55,005 nucleotides of DNA from Thermoanaerobaculia bacterium (GCA_036397955.1 DASWHY010000275.1:1-55005), one strand, 5' to 3'; shown: positions 43,846-53,011, counted from the stretch's first letter. Notes: generated by a model not told the origin, from the sequence alone. A program made the numbers and translations.

Positions 43846-46800
43846 CGCGTCACGTTTCCTTCGAGCTGGCTGAAGATGGTCTCGAGGTCCTCCGCGGAGA
43901 GGCTCTCGTCGATCTCGGCGGGCCGGGCCGCCTCCGCGGCCACCGCCGCGAGGTCGACCTCCAGGAGAGCCGCGACCTCCCGGCGGCAGCCCGCTGCCAG
44001 CGCCGCCACCACTTCCGGCGCGTGGACCGCGCGGCTGGTGCTCCAGGTCATGCGCAGGCGGCCGTCGGCCACGGCGGCGTTGAGCTCGAGGAGGTGAGCG
44101 CGCCGGCCGCGCGGCCCGCGAAGGCCTCCGGGGGACTCCTCCGCGGCGGTGAAGGGCGCGCCCGCCGGCAGGGCCTGGTCGAGGATCCCGAGATAGTTGA
44201 AGAGCACCTCCGACGGCGGCGTGGCGGCGAGCTCCCCGCGGATCACGGGATCGGGATCGAGGTAGCGTAGGACGCCCCAGCCTACCCCCAGCTCCGGCAC
44301 CGCCCGCCGCCGCTCGAGCACCACCGCCAGGGCCGCCGCGGGACCCTCTCGGCCCCGCAGGTCGAAGGTCAGGGGATGGACGCTGGTGAAAAAGCCGACC
44401 GTGCGCGAGAGGTCGAGCCCATCGCGCTCCTCGCGGCCGTGGCTTTCGAGGTCGACCCGCACCCGGGGCACGCCGGTGGCGCCGGCGATCGTCCGCGCCA
44501 GGGCGGCCAGAAGGAGGTCCTCGAGGCGCACGCCGGCGTCCTCCGGCAGCTCGCGGACGAGCCGCCGGGTGGTCTCGGCATCGAGCTCGAGCACCGTGCG
44601 CTCGGCCGTCGCCTCGAGGTTGGCGGCCGGATCCGCGCCGTCGCGCGCGAGGGCGAGGAGCGACGCCGTCTCCGCTTCCACCTGGCGGCGCCAGAGCCCG
44701 AGCTCGGCCCGCGCGCCGCCGGCCTCGGCGTGCTCCGCGAGGCGACGCGCGAAATCGCGGTAGGAGCTGGTCTTGGGCGGCAGCGGGGCCTCACCGCCCG
44801 CGTCGTCGGTCCACAGCGCCCCGAGGTCCTCGAGCAGGATGCGCCAGGAGACGCCGTCGGTCACGAGATGGTGGGCGACGATCAGCAGCCGCGCCTCGCC
44901 GCGCGGGAGCGCGAAGGCGACGAGACGCACGAGAGGGCCGCGATCGAGGCGCAGGCTCGCCTGGACCCGCGCCGCCGCGATTTCGAGGACCGGACGCGGA
45001 TCACCCGCGAGACCGCGCAGGTCGACCTCCGCCGCCGGCACGTCGCCGCCGGGATCGACGGCGTCGAGGCCGGCGTTTTCGAGGCGCCAGCCCCGCGCCT
45101 CCCGGCGCAGGCGCAGGCGCAGAGCGTCGTGGTGCGCCAGCAAGCGGGCCGCCACCCGGCGCAGGCGGTCGCCGTCGGCCCGCGTCCAGGCACGGACCGG
45201 CCGCAGCATCACCGCCTGGTTCCAATGCTCGGGCGCCGGCAGGTCGCGATCGAGGAACCAGTGGATCACCGGGGTCAGCGGCATCTCCCCCGCCACCGGC
45301 CCCTGGGGCACCGCCTCCCGGTCGCCGCGTTCCGCCACCGCCGCGAGCTCGGCCAGGGTGGGGTGCTGGAAGATCTGCCGCGGCGTGAGCGCGAGCCCCG
45401 CCTCCCGGGCGCGGAAGACGACCCGGAGAGCGACGATCGAATCCCCGCCGAGCTGGAAGAACCGGTCCTGCCGCGTCACCGCGTCGACCCCGAGGACGTC
45501 GCTCCAGATCGCCGCCAGGGTCCTCTCCGTCTCGCCCCGAGGCGCCTCTCCCGCCGCCTCCGCACTCGCCGCCGGCGGCGCCGGGAGGGCCCGGCGGTCG
45601 ATCTTGCCGCTCGGGGTGAGCGGCAGGTCCGGCAGCTCGACGAAGACCGCCGGCACCATGTACTCGGGCAGCCGCGCGCCGAGGTGCGCCCGCAGCTCCG
45701 GCTCGCCCGCAGCGCCGGTGCCGCTCCAGTAGGCCACCAGGCGCCGCGGCCCGCCGTCCTCGCGGATCACGACCGCGGCGGCGCGCACCGCCCCGTGCTC
45801 GACGAGGCGCGCCTCGATCTCGCCCAGCTCCACGCGGAAGCCGCGCAATTTCACCTGGTGGTCGATCCGGCCGAGGAAGTCGGTCGTGCCGTCGGCCCGG
45901 TAGCGCGCCAGGTCGCCGGTGCGGTAAAGCCGCGCTCCCGGGAGCTCGGCCGCCGGATCGGGAACGAAGCGCTCGGCGGTCGTGGCCGGACGGCCGTGGT
46001 AGCCTCGCGCCGGCGCGGCGCCGCCGATCAGGAGCTCCCCCGGAGCGCCGATCGGCCGGGGCCGTCCGCCGCGGCCGACGAGGCGCAGGACGACCCCGGC
46101 GATCGGCCGGCCCAGGGGCGCGGTGCCGAAAGGCAGGCCGTCCCTCTCGGCGCGGCGGGCCGGCCATGCGGTGACGTCGACCGCCGCCTCGGTGGGGCCG
46201 TAGAGGTTCTCCAGCGCAACTCCCGGCAGGCGCTCGGCGAAGCGTCGTACGAGTCCCGCCGGCAAGGCCTCGCCGCTGGCGATCACCCGCCGCAGGGACC
46301 TCAGCCGCTCGACGCCGGGCTCCGCGAGGAAGGGCTCGAGCATCGAAGGCACGAAGTGCAGCGTGGTGACCGCCTGCCGCGCCACGAGATCGACGAGGTA
46401 GGCCGGATCGCGGTGGCCGTCGGGCCTTGCCACCACCAGACCGGCGCCGGCAAGGAGGGGCCAGAAGAATTCCCAGACCGAGACGTCGAAGCTCATCGGG
46501 GTCTTCTGGAGCACCCGGTCGCCTTCGCCCAGCGGGTAGGACCGCTGCATCCAGGCGAGGCGGTTGACGATCGCCCGATGGCTGTTCAAGGCCCCCTTGG
46601 GCCGGCCGGTCGAGCCCGAGGTGTAGATCAGATAGGCCCCGTTCTCCGGCGACAGCGGCGGCGGGGTGAAGCGCACGCCGGACGGCGTCCACTCGGGCGG
46701 GGACAGCTCCACGAGCTCGGCGTCACCTGCCGGGAGACGTCCCGCGAAACGGGGCTGGACGAGAAGGACGGCGGCGCCCGAGTCGGCGAGCATGAATGCC

Positions 46801-49800
46801 AGACGCTCCTCGGGATAGGAGGGGTCGAGAGGCACGTAGGCGCCACCGGCGAGGACCACCGCCGTCAGCGCCACTACCAGCTCGGAGGAACGCTCGGCGA
46901 GGACCGCGACGGGCGTCTCGGGGCCCACGCTGCGGCGGCGAAGGTCCGCCGCGAGGGCCGTCGACGCGCGGAAGAGCTCGCCGTAGCTGAGGCGCGTGGG
47001 GCCTTCCTCGCCGTCGAAGACCACGGCGGGCGCCGTGGGCCGCGCGGCCGCCCGCGCCAGGAGCAGCTCGGAGAGCGGCCGCTCGAGATCGAAGGCGCCG
47101 GCGGCGTCCGCCGGCAGGCCGCGCCACGCGGTGTCGTTCCACTCGAGGCGCACTTGGTGGTCCGCGGCGGGCTCGAGGAGAGGCAGCTCGGCCAAGGGAC
47201 GGTCGGCGCCGGCGGCGACGGCCGCAAGCAGGCGGCGGAAATGGCGCGCCAGGCGTGCGCCGGTGGTGGCGTCGAAGAGGTCGGTGGCGTATTCGAGGTA
47301 GCCTTCCAGCTCCCGGTCCGCCCGGTCGCTGATGAAGAGGCTCAGGTCGAAGAGCGCGCTGCGCCGCTCGACCTCGACCCCGGAGAGGCGCAGGCCCTCG
47401 ACCTCGGCGGACTTGGCCGGCACGTTGAGCACCGCCAGCAGGGTCTGGAAGAGGGCGTTGTGGCTCAGGGCCCGCTCCGGCCCCAGCTCGCGCACCAGGA
47501 CCTCGAAAGGCACGTCCTGATGGGGATAGGAGGCGGTGACCGACGCCTTGACGTCGGCGACGAGCCGGCGGAAGGGCGTCCCGAGGCGCGGCTGGACCCG
47601 CAGGGGCAGGACGGTCGCGAAGCAGCCGATCAGAGGCTCGAGCTCTATCCGGCTCCGCACCCCGCGGCTGTAGCCCAGGACCATGTCGCGGCCGCCGCCG
47701 TAGCGCGCGAGGAGCGTCGCGTAGGCCGCCGTCAGCACCATGAAAAGGGTGCCTCCCTCGTCCCGGGCGAGCCGGCGCAGGGCCGCCGCCGCGGCGCCGT
47801 CGAGCCGGATCGGCACGTAGCCGCCGGCGAAGTCGCGCTCCGCCGGCCGGGGCCGATCGACGGGCAGATCGGCGAGGGTCGGCGCGCCGTCGAGGTGCTC
47901 GCGCCAGAAACCGAGATGGCGCTCGAGCGCCTCGCCCCGGAGCGTCTCGCGCTCCCAGCGAGCGTAGTCGCCGTACTGGATCGGAAGCTCCGGCACCGCC
48001 GCGTCGCCGGCCCCCGCCGCCGCCTCGTAGAAGGCCGCGAGCTCGCGCACCAGGATGGCGTTCGACCAGTCGTCGGAGACGATGTGGTGCAGGGTGATCG
48101 CCAGCAGGTGCTCCTGCGCCGCCAGCCGGACGAGGAGAGCGCGGAACGGCCGGCCCGACCCGAGGTCGAAGGGCCGGCGGACCTCCTCGCCGAGGAGCCC
48201 GCGGGCCTCCCGGCGGGCCGCCGCGAGCGGCACGCCTTCGATCTCGCGGCGCGCGAGGAGCTCCGCCGGAAGCTCCTCGACCGTCTGCACCGGCTCGCCG
48301 TCCACTTCGCTGAAACGGCTGCGCAGGATCTCGTGACGCTCGGCCACGCTGCGCAGCGCCGCCTCGAGGGCGTTCACGTCGAGGGGGCCCAGGAGCTCGA
48401 GGACGGTGGGATTGTTGTATGCCACCAGGCCCGGCTCGAGGCGGTCGAGGACCCACAGGCGCTGCTGGGCGTAGGCGAGGGGCGCGGGCCCGCTCGCCGG
48501 CCGCCGCGGGATGGGCGCCGTGCGCGGCGGCGCCGCGGACGCCAGGAGCCGGGCGAGGCCGGCGACGGTGGGCGCCTCGAAGACCTTCTCGATCGGCAAC
48601 TCGGCCCCGCGGCGCTCCTGGAGCCGCGCGGCGAGCTGCGTCGCCAGCAGGGAATGGCCGCCGAGCTCGAAGAAGCTGTCGTGGACCCCCACCCGATCGA
48701 GGCCCAACAGCTCCTGCCACAGCTCGGCGAGCTCCTCTTCGCGCTCGTCGCGCGGGGCGAGATAGGGCGTGGCGAGCCCGGGCCGGACGTGGACGGAAGT
48801 GCCGGACGCGCGCGCCGCCCCGGGGGCGGGGGACGCCGGCTGCGAGGCCGGCAGGGGCGGGAGGCCCGCGGCGGCGCCGGCCGCCGCCCGCGGCTCTTCC
48901 TCCACCCAACAGCGCCGGCGCTCGAAAGGATAGGTGGGCAACGGAAGCCGGCGGCGCGCGTCGCCGTCATGGAGCGCCCGCCAGTCGAGGTCGACCCCGG
49001 CGAGCCACAGGCGGGCGCCGGCCCGCAGGAGGAACGCCTCGTCGTCCCCGCGCTCGTGGACCGAGGGCAGGGACGGCAGGGCCAGGGCGTCCTCGGCGTG
49101 GGCGCACGCCTCGTGCTGCAACGCGAGGCTCGTCAGGCTCTGGCCCGGGCCCACCTCGAGCAGGATGCGTCCGGGCTCACGCCAGAGCTCGCCCACGGCG
49201 GCGGCGAAACGCACCGGCTCGACGAGGTGGCGGGCCCAGTGCCCGGGATCGGTCGCTTCCTCCGCGCGGGTCCATTCGCCGGTCACGTTCGAGAGATAGG
49301 GGATCTCCGGCGGCCGCAGCTCGACCTCGGCAAGCCGGCGGCGGAAGGGCTCGACGATCGGCGTCATCATCGCCGAATGGAAAGCGTGGGTGGTGCGCAG
49401 CGGCCGACACAGGTGCCCGTCCTCGGAGAGGCTCGCGGCCAGGTCCCGGATCGCCGCGGGAGGTCCCGCGACGACCGTCAGCTCGGCGCCGGCGACGGCG
49501 GAGAGGGAGAGATCGGGACCGAGGCGCTCGCGCACCGCCGCGGCCGCCAGCGGCACGGCGAGCATGGCGCCCGCCGGCAGGCCGTCGATCAGCTCCGCCC
49601 GCCGCGCCACCACGGCGGCGGCGTCCTCCCAGGACATGACGCCGGCCGCCGCCGCCGCCGTGTACTCCCCCAAGCTGTAGCCGAGCAGGGCTCGCGGCTG
49701 CACGCCCCACGCCATCCACAGCCGCGCCAGGGCGGCCTCCACCGCGAAGAGGGCCGGCTGGGCGAGGCGCGTCCGCGCCAGGGGATCCGCCGCCTCCCCG

Positions 49801-51632
49801 CGGGGCTCGCCACGGCCGAGCATCGACCGCAGATCGGTGCCCGCCGCGCCGCCTCCCGCGGCTCGCGCGTCGCGCGCGAACAGCGCCTTCCTGACGTCCT
49901 CCCCGAGATGGGGCTCGAGGGCCTCGGCGATCTCGTCGAGAGGCTCCCGGAAAGCCGGCACCCGATCGTAGAGCCCCTTCGCCATGCCGGCGTGGTGCTC
50001 GCCGAGGCCGGGAAAGAGGAAGGCCACCGGACGCTCCGCCAGGCGCTTCACCCCTTCGAGGAGACGCTCGGGATCGCGCCCGGCAAGGGCGGCCGCGGCC
50101 TCGCCGGCGCCGGCGGCGAGCAGGGCCCGGCGATGAGGAAAGGCCCGGCGGCCCACCTGGGTGGTGAAGGCGAGGTCGGGCACGTCCTCGTCCGGGGCCG
50201 CGCGGAGGCGCCCGGCCAGACGGTCGGTGGCGGCCTCGAGGGCTTCGGGGGTGCGGGCCGAGATCAGGAGGAGGCTGCTCGACCAACGCGAAGGCGCGGC
50301 GGGCGGCGGCGCCGGGGCCTCTTCGAGCACCACGTGAGCGTTGGTGCCCCCGAGCCCGAAAGCGCTCACTCCGGCCCGGCGCGGACCGTCCTTTCGCGGC
50401 CAGTCGACGAGCGTCGTCGGCACGAAGAAGGGGCTCGTCTCGAGCTCGAGCTTGGGATTGGGCCGCTCGAAGTGCAGGCTCGCCGGGATCTGCCCGTGCT
50501 CCAGGGCGAGGACCGCTTTGATCAGCCCGGCGACCCCCGCCGCGGCGTCGAGATGTCCGATGTTGGACTTGACCGAGCCCAGGGCGCAGGTCCCGACCTC
50601 CACGCCTTCGAAGACCCGCCGCAGCGCTTCCACCTCGATCGCGTCGCCCAACGGCGTGGCGCTGCCGTGGCCCTCGACACAGCCCAGGCTCGCGGGCTCC
50701 ACCCCGGCCAGGGCCAGGGCATCGGCGATCACCCGCGTCTGGCCCTGGATGCTCGGGGCGGTGAAACCGGCCTTGCCGTCGCCGTCGTTGTTGATCGCCG
50801 AGGCGCGGATCACGGCGCGGATCCGGTCACCGTCGGCGAGGGCGTCCTCAAGGCGCCTCAGAACGACGACGCCGACCCCGTTGCCGCTGACCGTGCCGCG
50901 CCCGCGGGCGTCGTAGGAGCGGCAACGGCCGTCCGGCGACTTGATGCCGCCCGTGGCGTAGAGATAGCCCCGGCGATGGGGCACGGCGATGGAGGCACCG
51001 CCGGCGAGCGCGAGGTCGGACTCGCCGCTGAGCAGGCTCTGACAGGCCAGGTGTACCGCCACCAGGGACGTCGAGCAGGCGGTCTGGACGCTCAGGCTCG
51101 GCCCCGTCAGGCCGAGCTTGTACGACACCCGGGTGGCGAGGAAGTCCTTGTCGCTTCCGAGCAGGTCGTGGTAAGCGGTCGCCTTGCCCGGGAGCAGGAA
51201 GTAGTGGACGTAATAGGAATTGGTGCTCGTCCCGGCGTAGACGCCGATCGGGCCGCCGAAGCGCTTCGGATCGCAGGCGGCGTTCTCGAGGGCTTCCCAG
51301 GAGCACTCGAGAAACAGCCGCTGCTGAGGATCGAGCAGCGAGGCTTCGCGGGCGTTGTACCCGAAGAAGGCGGTGTCGAAGAGCTCGACGTCCTCCAGCG
51401 TTCCGGAGGCCTTGACGTAGTCCGGGTCCGCCAGTTGCGCGGCCGGGACGCCCGCGGCGAGAAGCTCCTCGTCGGAGTGCTCGCGGACCGACCCGACCCC
51501 CGCCGCCAGGTTCTCCCAGAAACGCTCCACGTCGGGAGCGCCGGGGAAACGGCCGGCGAGCCCGATGACGGCGATGCCCTCGGCCTCTTCGCCGAGCGCG
51601 CCGTCACGGATCCGGTCGTCGTCCCGCGCCAT
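43842..51632 (-). CDS. hybrid PKS-NRPS, modules 1-2: KS-AT-T-C(LCL-type)-A-T-E, 2596 aa
   Basis: ATG 51632 lies 2 nt after the stop of the free-standing C-domain gene.
- KS: TACSTSLVAVHLAC (~51060-51090), EGHGSATPLGDAIE, SNIGHLD.
- AT: FPGLGEHHAGM (~49981-50030), GYSLGEY (~49660-49682), HAFHS.
- Carrier: FFELGGHSLLATQL (~48641-48685).
- C: LAYAQQRLWVLDRLEP (~48430-48480), HHIVSDDWS (~48066-48092).
- A: AYLIYTSGSTGRPKG, FDVSVWE, NLYGPTEAAVDVT, SGKIDRRAL (~45590-45630).
- T: GGDSIVAL (~45425-45470).
- E: HHLVTDGVSWRILLEDL (~44825-44878).
The ORF-track entry extending to 52421 is an artefact. Confidence 0.95.
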   Translation of the reverse strand: MARDDDRIRDGALGEEAEGIAVIGLAGRFPGAPDVERFWENLAAGVGSVREHSDEELLAAGVPAAQLADPDYVKASGTLEDVELFDTAFFGYNAREASLLDPQQRLFLECSWEALENAACDPKRFGGPIGVYAGTSTNSYYVHYFLLPGKATAYHDLLGSDKDFLATRVSYKLGLTGPSLSVQTACSTSLVAVHLACQSLLSGESDLALAGGASIAVPHRRGYLYATGGIKSPDGRCRSYDARGRGTVSGNGVGVVVLRRLEDALADGDRIRAVIRASAINNDGDGKAGFTAPSIQGQTRVIADALALAGVEPASLGCVEGHGSATPLGDAIEVEALRRVFEGVEVGTCALGSVKSNIGHLDAAAGVAGLIKAVLALEHGQIPASLHFERPNPKLELETSPFFVPTTLVDWPRKDGPRRAGVSAFGLGGTNAHVVLEEAPAPPPAAPSRWSSSLLLISARTPEALEAATDRLAGRLRAAPDEDVPDLAFTTQVGRRAFPHRRALLAAGAGEAAAALAGRDPERLLEGVKRLAERPVAFLFPGLGEHHAGMAKGLYDRVPAFREPLDEIAEALEPHLGEDVRKALFARDARAAGGGAAGTDLRSMLGRGEPRGEAADPLARTRLAQPALFAVEAALARLWMAWGVQPRALLGYSLGEYTAAAAAGVMSWEDAAAVVARRAELIDGLPAGAMLAVPLAAAAVRERLGPDLSLSAVAGAELTVVAGPPAAIRDLAASLSEDGHLCRPLRTTHAFHSAMMTPIVEPFRRRLAEVELRPPEIPYLSNVTGEWTRAEEATDPGHWARHLVEPVRFAAAVGELWREPGRILLEVGPGQSLTSLALQHEACAHAEDALALPSLPSVHERGDDEAFLLRAGARLWLAGVDLDWRALHDGDARRRLPLPTYPFERRRCWVEEEPRAAAGAAAGLPPLPASQPASPAPGAARASGTSVHVRPGLATPYLAPRDEREEELAELWQELLGLDRVGVHDSFFELGGHSLLATQLAARLQERRGAELPIEKVFEAPTVAGLARLLASAAPPRTAPIPRRPASGPAPLAYAQQRLWVLDRLEPGLVAYNNPTVLELLGPLDVNALEAALRSVAERHEILRSRFSEVDGEPVQTVEELPAELLARREIEGVPLAAARREARGLLGEEVRRPFDLGSGRPFRALLVRLAAQEHLLAITLHHIVSDDWSNAILVRELAAFYEAAAGAGDAAVPELPIQYGDYARWERETLRGEALERHLGFWREHLDGAPTLADLPVDRPRPAERDFAGGYVPIRLDGAAAAALRRLARDEGGTLFMVLTAAYATLLARYGGGRDMVLGYSRGVRSRIELEPLIGCFATVLPLRVQPRLGTPFRRLVADVKASVTASYPHQDVPFEVLVRELGPERALSHNALFQTLLAVLNVPAKSAEVEGLRLSGVEVERRSALFDLSLFISDRADRELEGYLEYATDLFDATTGARLARHFRRLLAAVAAGADRPLAELPLLEPAADHQVRLEWNDTAWRGLPADAAGAFDLERPLSELLLARAAARPTAPAVVFDGEEGPTRLSYGELFRASTALAADLRRRSVGPETPVAVLAERSSELVVALTAVVLAGGAYVPLDPSYPEERLAFMLADSGAAVLLVQPRFAGRLPAGDAELVELSPPEWTPSGVRFTPPPLSPENGAYLIYTSGSTGRPKGALNSHRAIVNRLAWMQRSYPLGEGDRVLQKTPMSFDVSVWEFFWPLLAGAGLVVARPDGHRDPAYLVDLVARQAVTTLHFVPSMLEPFLAEPGVERLRSLRRVIASGEALPAGLVRRFAERLPGVALENLYGPTEAAVDVTAWPARRAERDGLPFGTAPLGRPIAGVVLRLVGRGGRPRPIGAPGELLIGGAAPARGYHGRPATTAERFVPDPAAELPGARLYRTGDLARYRADGTTDFLGRIDHQVKLRGFRVELGEIEARLVEHGAVRAAAVVIREDGGPRRLVAYWSGTGAAGEPELRAHLGARLPEYMVPAVFVELPDLPLTPSGKIDRRALPAPPAASAEAAGEAPRGETERTLAAIWSDVLGVDAVTRQDRFFQLGGDSIVALRVVFRAREAGLALTPRQIFQHPTLAELAAVAERGDREAVPQGPVAGEMPLTPVIHWFLDRDLPAPEHWNQAVMLRPVRAWTRADGDRLRRVAARLLAHHDALRLRLRREARGWRLENAGLDAVDPGGDVPAAEVDLRGLAGDPRPVLEIAAARVQASLRLDRGPLVRLVAFALPRGEARLLIVAHHLVTDGVSWRILLEDLGALWTDDAGGEAPLPPKTSSYRDFARRLAEHAEAGGARAELGLWRRQVEAETASLLALARDGADPAANLEATAERTVLELDAETTRRLVRELPEDAGVRLEDLLLAALARTIAGATGVPRVRVDLESHGREERDGLDLSRTVGFFTSVHPLTFDLRGREGPAAALAVVLERRRAVPELGVGWGVLRYLDPDPVIRGELAATPPSEVLFNYLGILDQALPAGAPFTAAEESPGGLRGPRGRRAHLLELNAAVADGRLRMTWSTSRAVHAPEVVAALAAGCRREVAALLEVDLAAVAAEAARPAEIDESLSAEDLETIFSQLEGNVTR
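49130..50030 (-). other. AT domain, module 1, with non-canonical motifs GLGEH / GYSLG (HAFHS retained)
   Basis: It reads FLFPGLGEHHAGM where GQGSQ is expected, and GYSLGEY where GHSxGE is expected. The RTTHAFHS malonyl-type motif is present. Confidence 0.75.
50330..51590 (-). other. KS domain, module 1 (Cys-His-His intact)
   Basis: The domain runs from IAVIGLAGRFPGAPDVERFWENL to GGTNAHVVLEEAP (~50318-50356). The active-site TACSTS is at ~51060-51090. Confidence 0.85.
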
Positions 51633-51634
51633 GC

Positions 51635-53011
51635 TCAGCTTCCTCCGTCCATGCTGATGCGGACGAGCTCGTCGAGCGAGCGGTCGGGATCCGCGGCCGC
51701 CGCCGCGAAAAGCCGCCGGCAGCGCTCGGCCCAGCCTTCGACCGTCGCCCGCTCGAAGAGGTCGGTGTCCCACTCGAAACCGATCGTCAGGGTGCCGCCG
51801 GCGTCGATGCCGTTGATGGCGAGGTCCAGCATCGCCCCGGCGCGGGAGACGACGCGAGGCTCGAAGGTCACCGGCCCGAGCTCCACCCCGCCCGCGCCGC
51901 CGCCGAAGAGGCGCGCGAGCCGCGCGTCGGCGTCGTCCACCAAGGTCAGGAGCACTTGATAGAGGGGCGAGCGGCCCGAGTCGCGTTTCGGCAGCAGGCG
52001 CTCGACCAGCAACGGGAAAGGCAGGTTCTGCTTTTCGAGGGCCTCGTCCAGGACCTGCCGGGCGTGGTCGACGTGGCGGCGGAAAGTCCGCGTCCGGTCG
52101 CAGGTGCCACGGAGGACGATCGGATTGATGAAATAACCCACCGTCTTCTCGAACCGCGGCTCGGGACGCCCCGGAGCCGGCCAGCCCAGGACGACCTCGT
52201 CCCGACCGCCGATGCTCCCGAGGAGCACCTGGAAAAGCGCCAGGAGGACGACCTCGAAGCCGACGCGCTCCGCCTCGGCCAAGGCCCGAAGCCGCGCTCT
52301 CGGCTCGCCGAGCGCGAAGCGCAGGACGTCGCCCCGGAAGCGCCGGGCCGGAGGACGGGGGCGGTCGGTGGGAAGGTCGAGGGGCGGCAGGTCGGCGAGG
52401 CGTGCCGTCCAGTACGCCCATTGCTCCGCCGCACCGTCGCCGGCGAGAAAGCTCTCCTCCCAGCGCGCGAAATCTCCCGGATGGGCCTCGGGCTCGTCGA
52501 GGAAGACCTGCTCGCCCGACTCCTCGACGGCGAGGAAGAGACCCAGCTCGTCGAGCAGATGGGCGATCGAGAAGAGGTCGGCGGCGACGTGGTGGAGCGA
52601 GAAGAAAACCACCGCGTGGTCGGCGTCACGCCCGAGGACCCGCAGGCGGACCACCGGTCCGTTCTCGAGATCGAAGGGGGTCTGGGCTTCGCGCGCGAGC
52701 CGCTCGTCGACCTCGGCCTCGCTCCAGGCGGCGGCGTCGACCTCCTCGAAGTCGATGGCGCGGCGCGGCTGGATCCATTGCCAGGGCCGCCCTTCGACCA
52801 TCGGGTAGGTCGTACGCAGGACCGCGTGCCGGTCGGCCAGGGCCTGGAAGGCCCGCCGCCAGGTGGCGCCGGACAAGGGGGGCGTCACCCGGCCGGCGTA
52901 CCTCAGGTTGTACGCCGTCAGGCTCGGCGCCAGCTTCTGGAGGAACCAGAGGGCACGCTGGCCGTAGCTGGGCGGAAAAAGCTCACCTGGACCGGAAGTT
53001 CCGACCTCCAT
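51635..53011 (-). CDS. free-standing NRPS condensation-domain protein (VibH-like architecture), ~458 aa
   Basis: Motifs: FPPSYGQRALWFLQKLAP, intact HHVAADLFS (HHxxxD), PTDRPRP, and GYFINPIVLR. There is no A or T domain. The preferred start is ATG 53011 (GAGGTGGAG just upstream; MEVGTSGPGELFPPSYGQ). Alternative in-frame starts are GTG 53020, ATG 53062 and TTG 53101 (the ORF-track start). Confidence 0.85.
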   Translation of the reverse strand: MEVGTSGPGELFPPSYGQRALWFLQKLAPSLTAYNLRYAGRVTPPLSGATWRRAFQALADRHAVLRTTYPMVEGRPWQWIQPRRAIDFEEVDAAAWSEAEVDERLAREAQTPFDLENGPVVRLRVLGRDADHAVVFFSLHHVAADLFSIAHLLDELGLFLAVEESGEQVFLDEPEAHPGDFARWEESFLAGDGAAEQWAYWTARLADLPPLDLPTDRPRPPARRFRGDVLRFALGEPRARLRALAEAERVGFEVVLLALFQVLLGSIGGRDEVVLGWPAPGRPEPRFEKTVGYFINPIVLRGTCDRTRTFRRHVDHARQVLDEALEKQNLPFPLLVERLLPKRDSGRSPLYQVLLTLVDDADARLARLFGGGAGGVELGPVTFEPRVVSRAGAMLDLAINGIDAGGTLTIGFEWDTDLFERATVEGWAERCRRLFAAAAADPDRSLDELVRISMDGGS

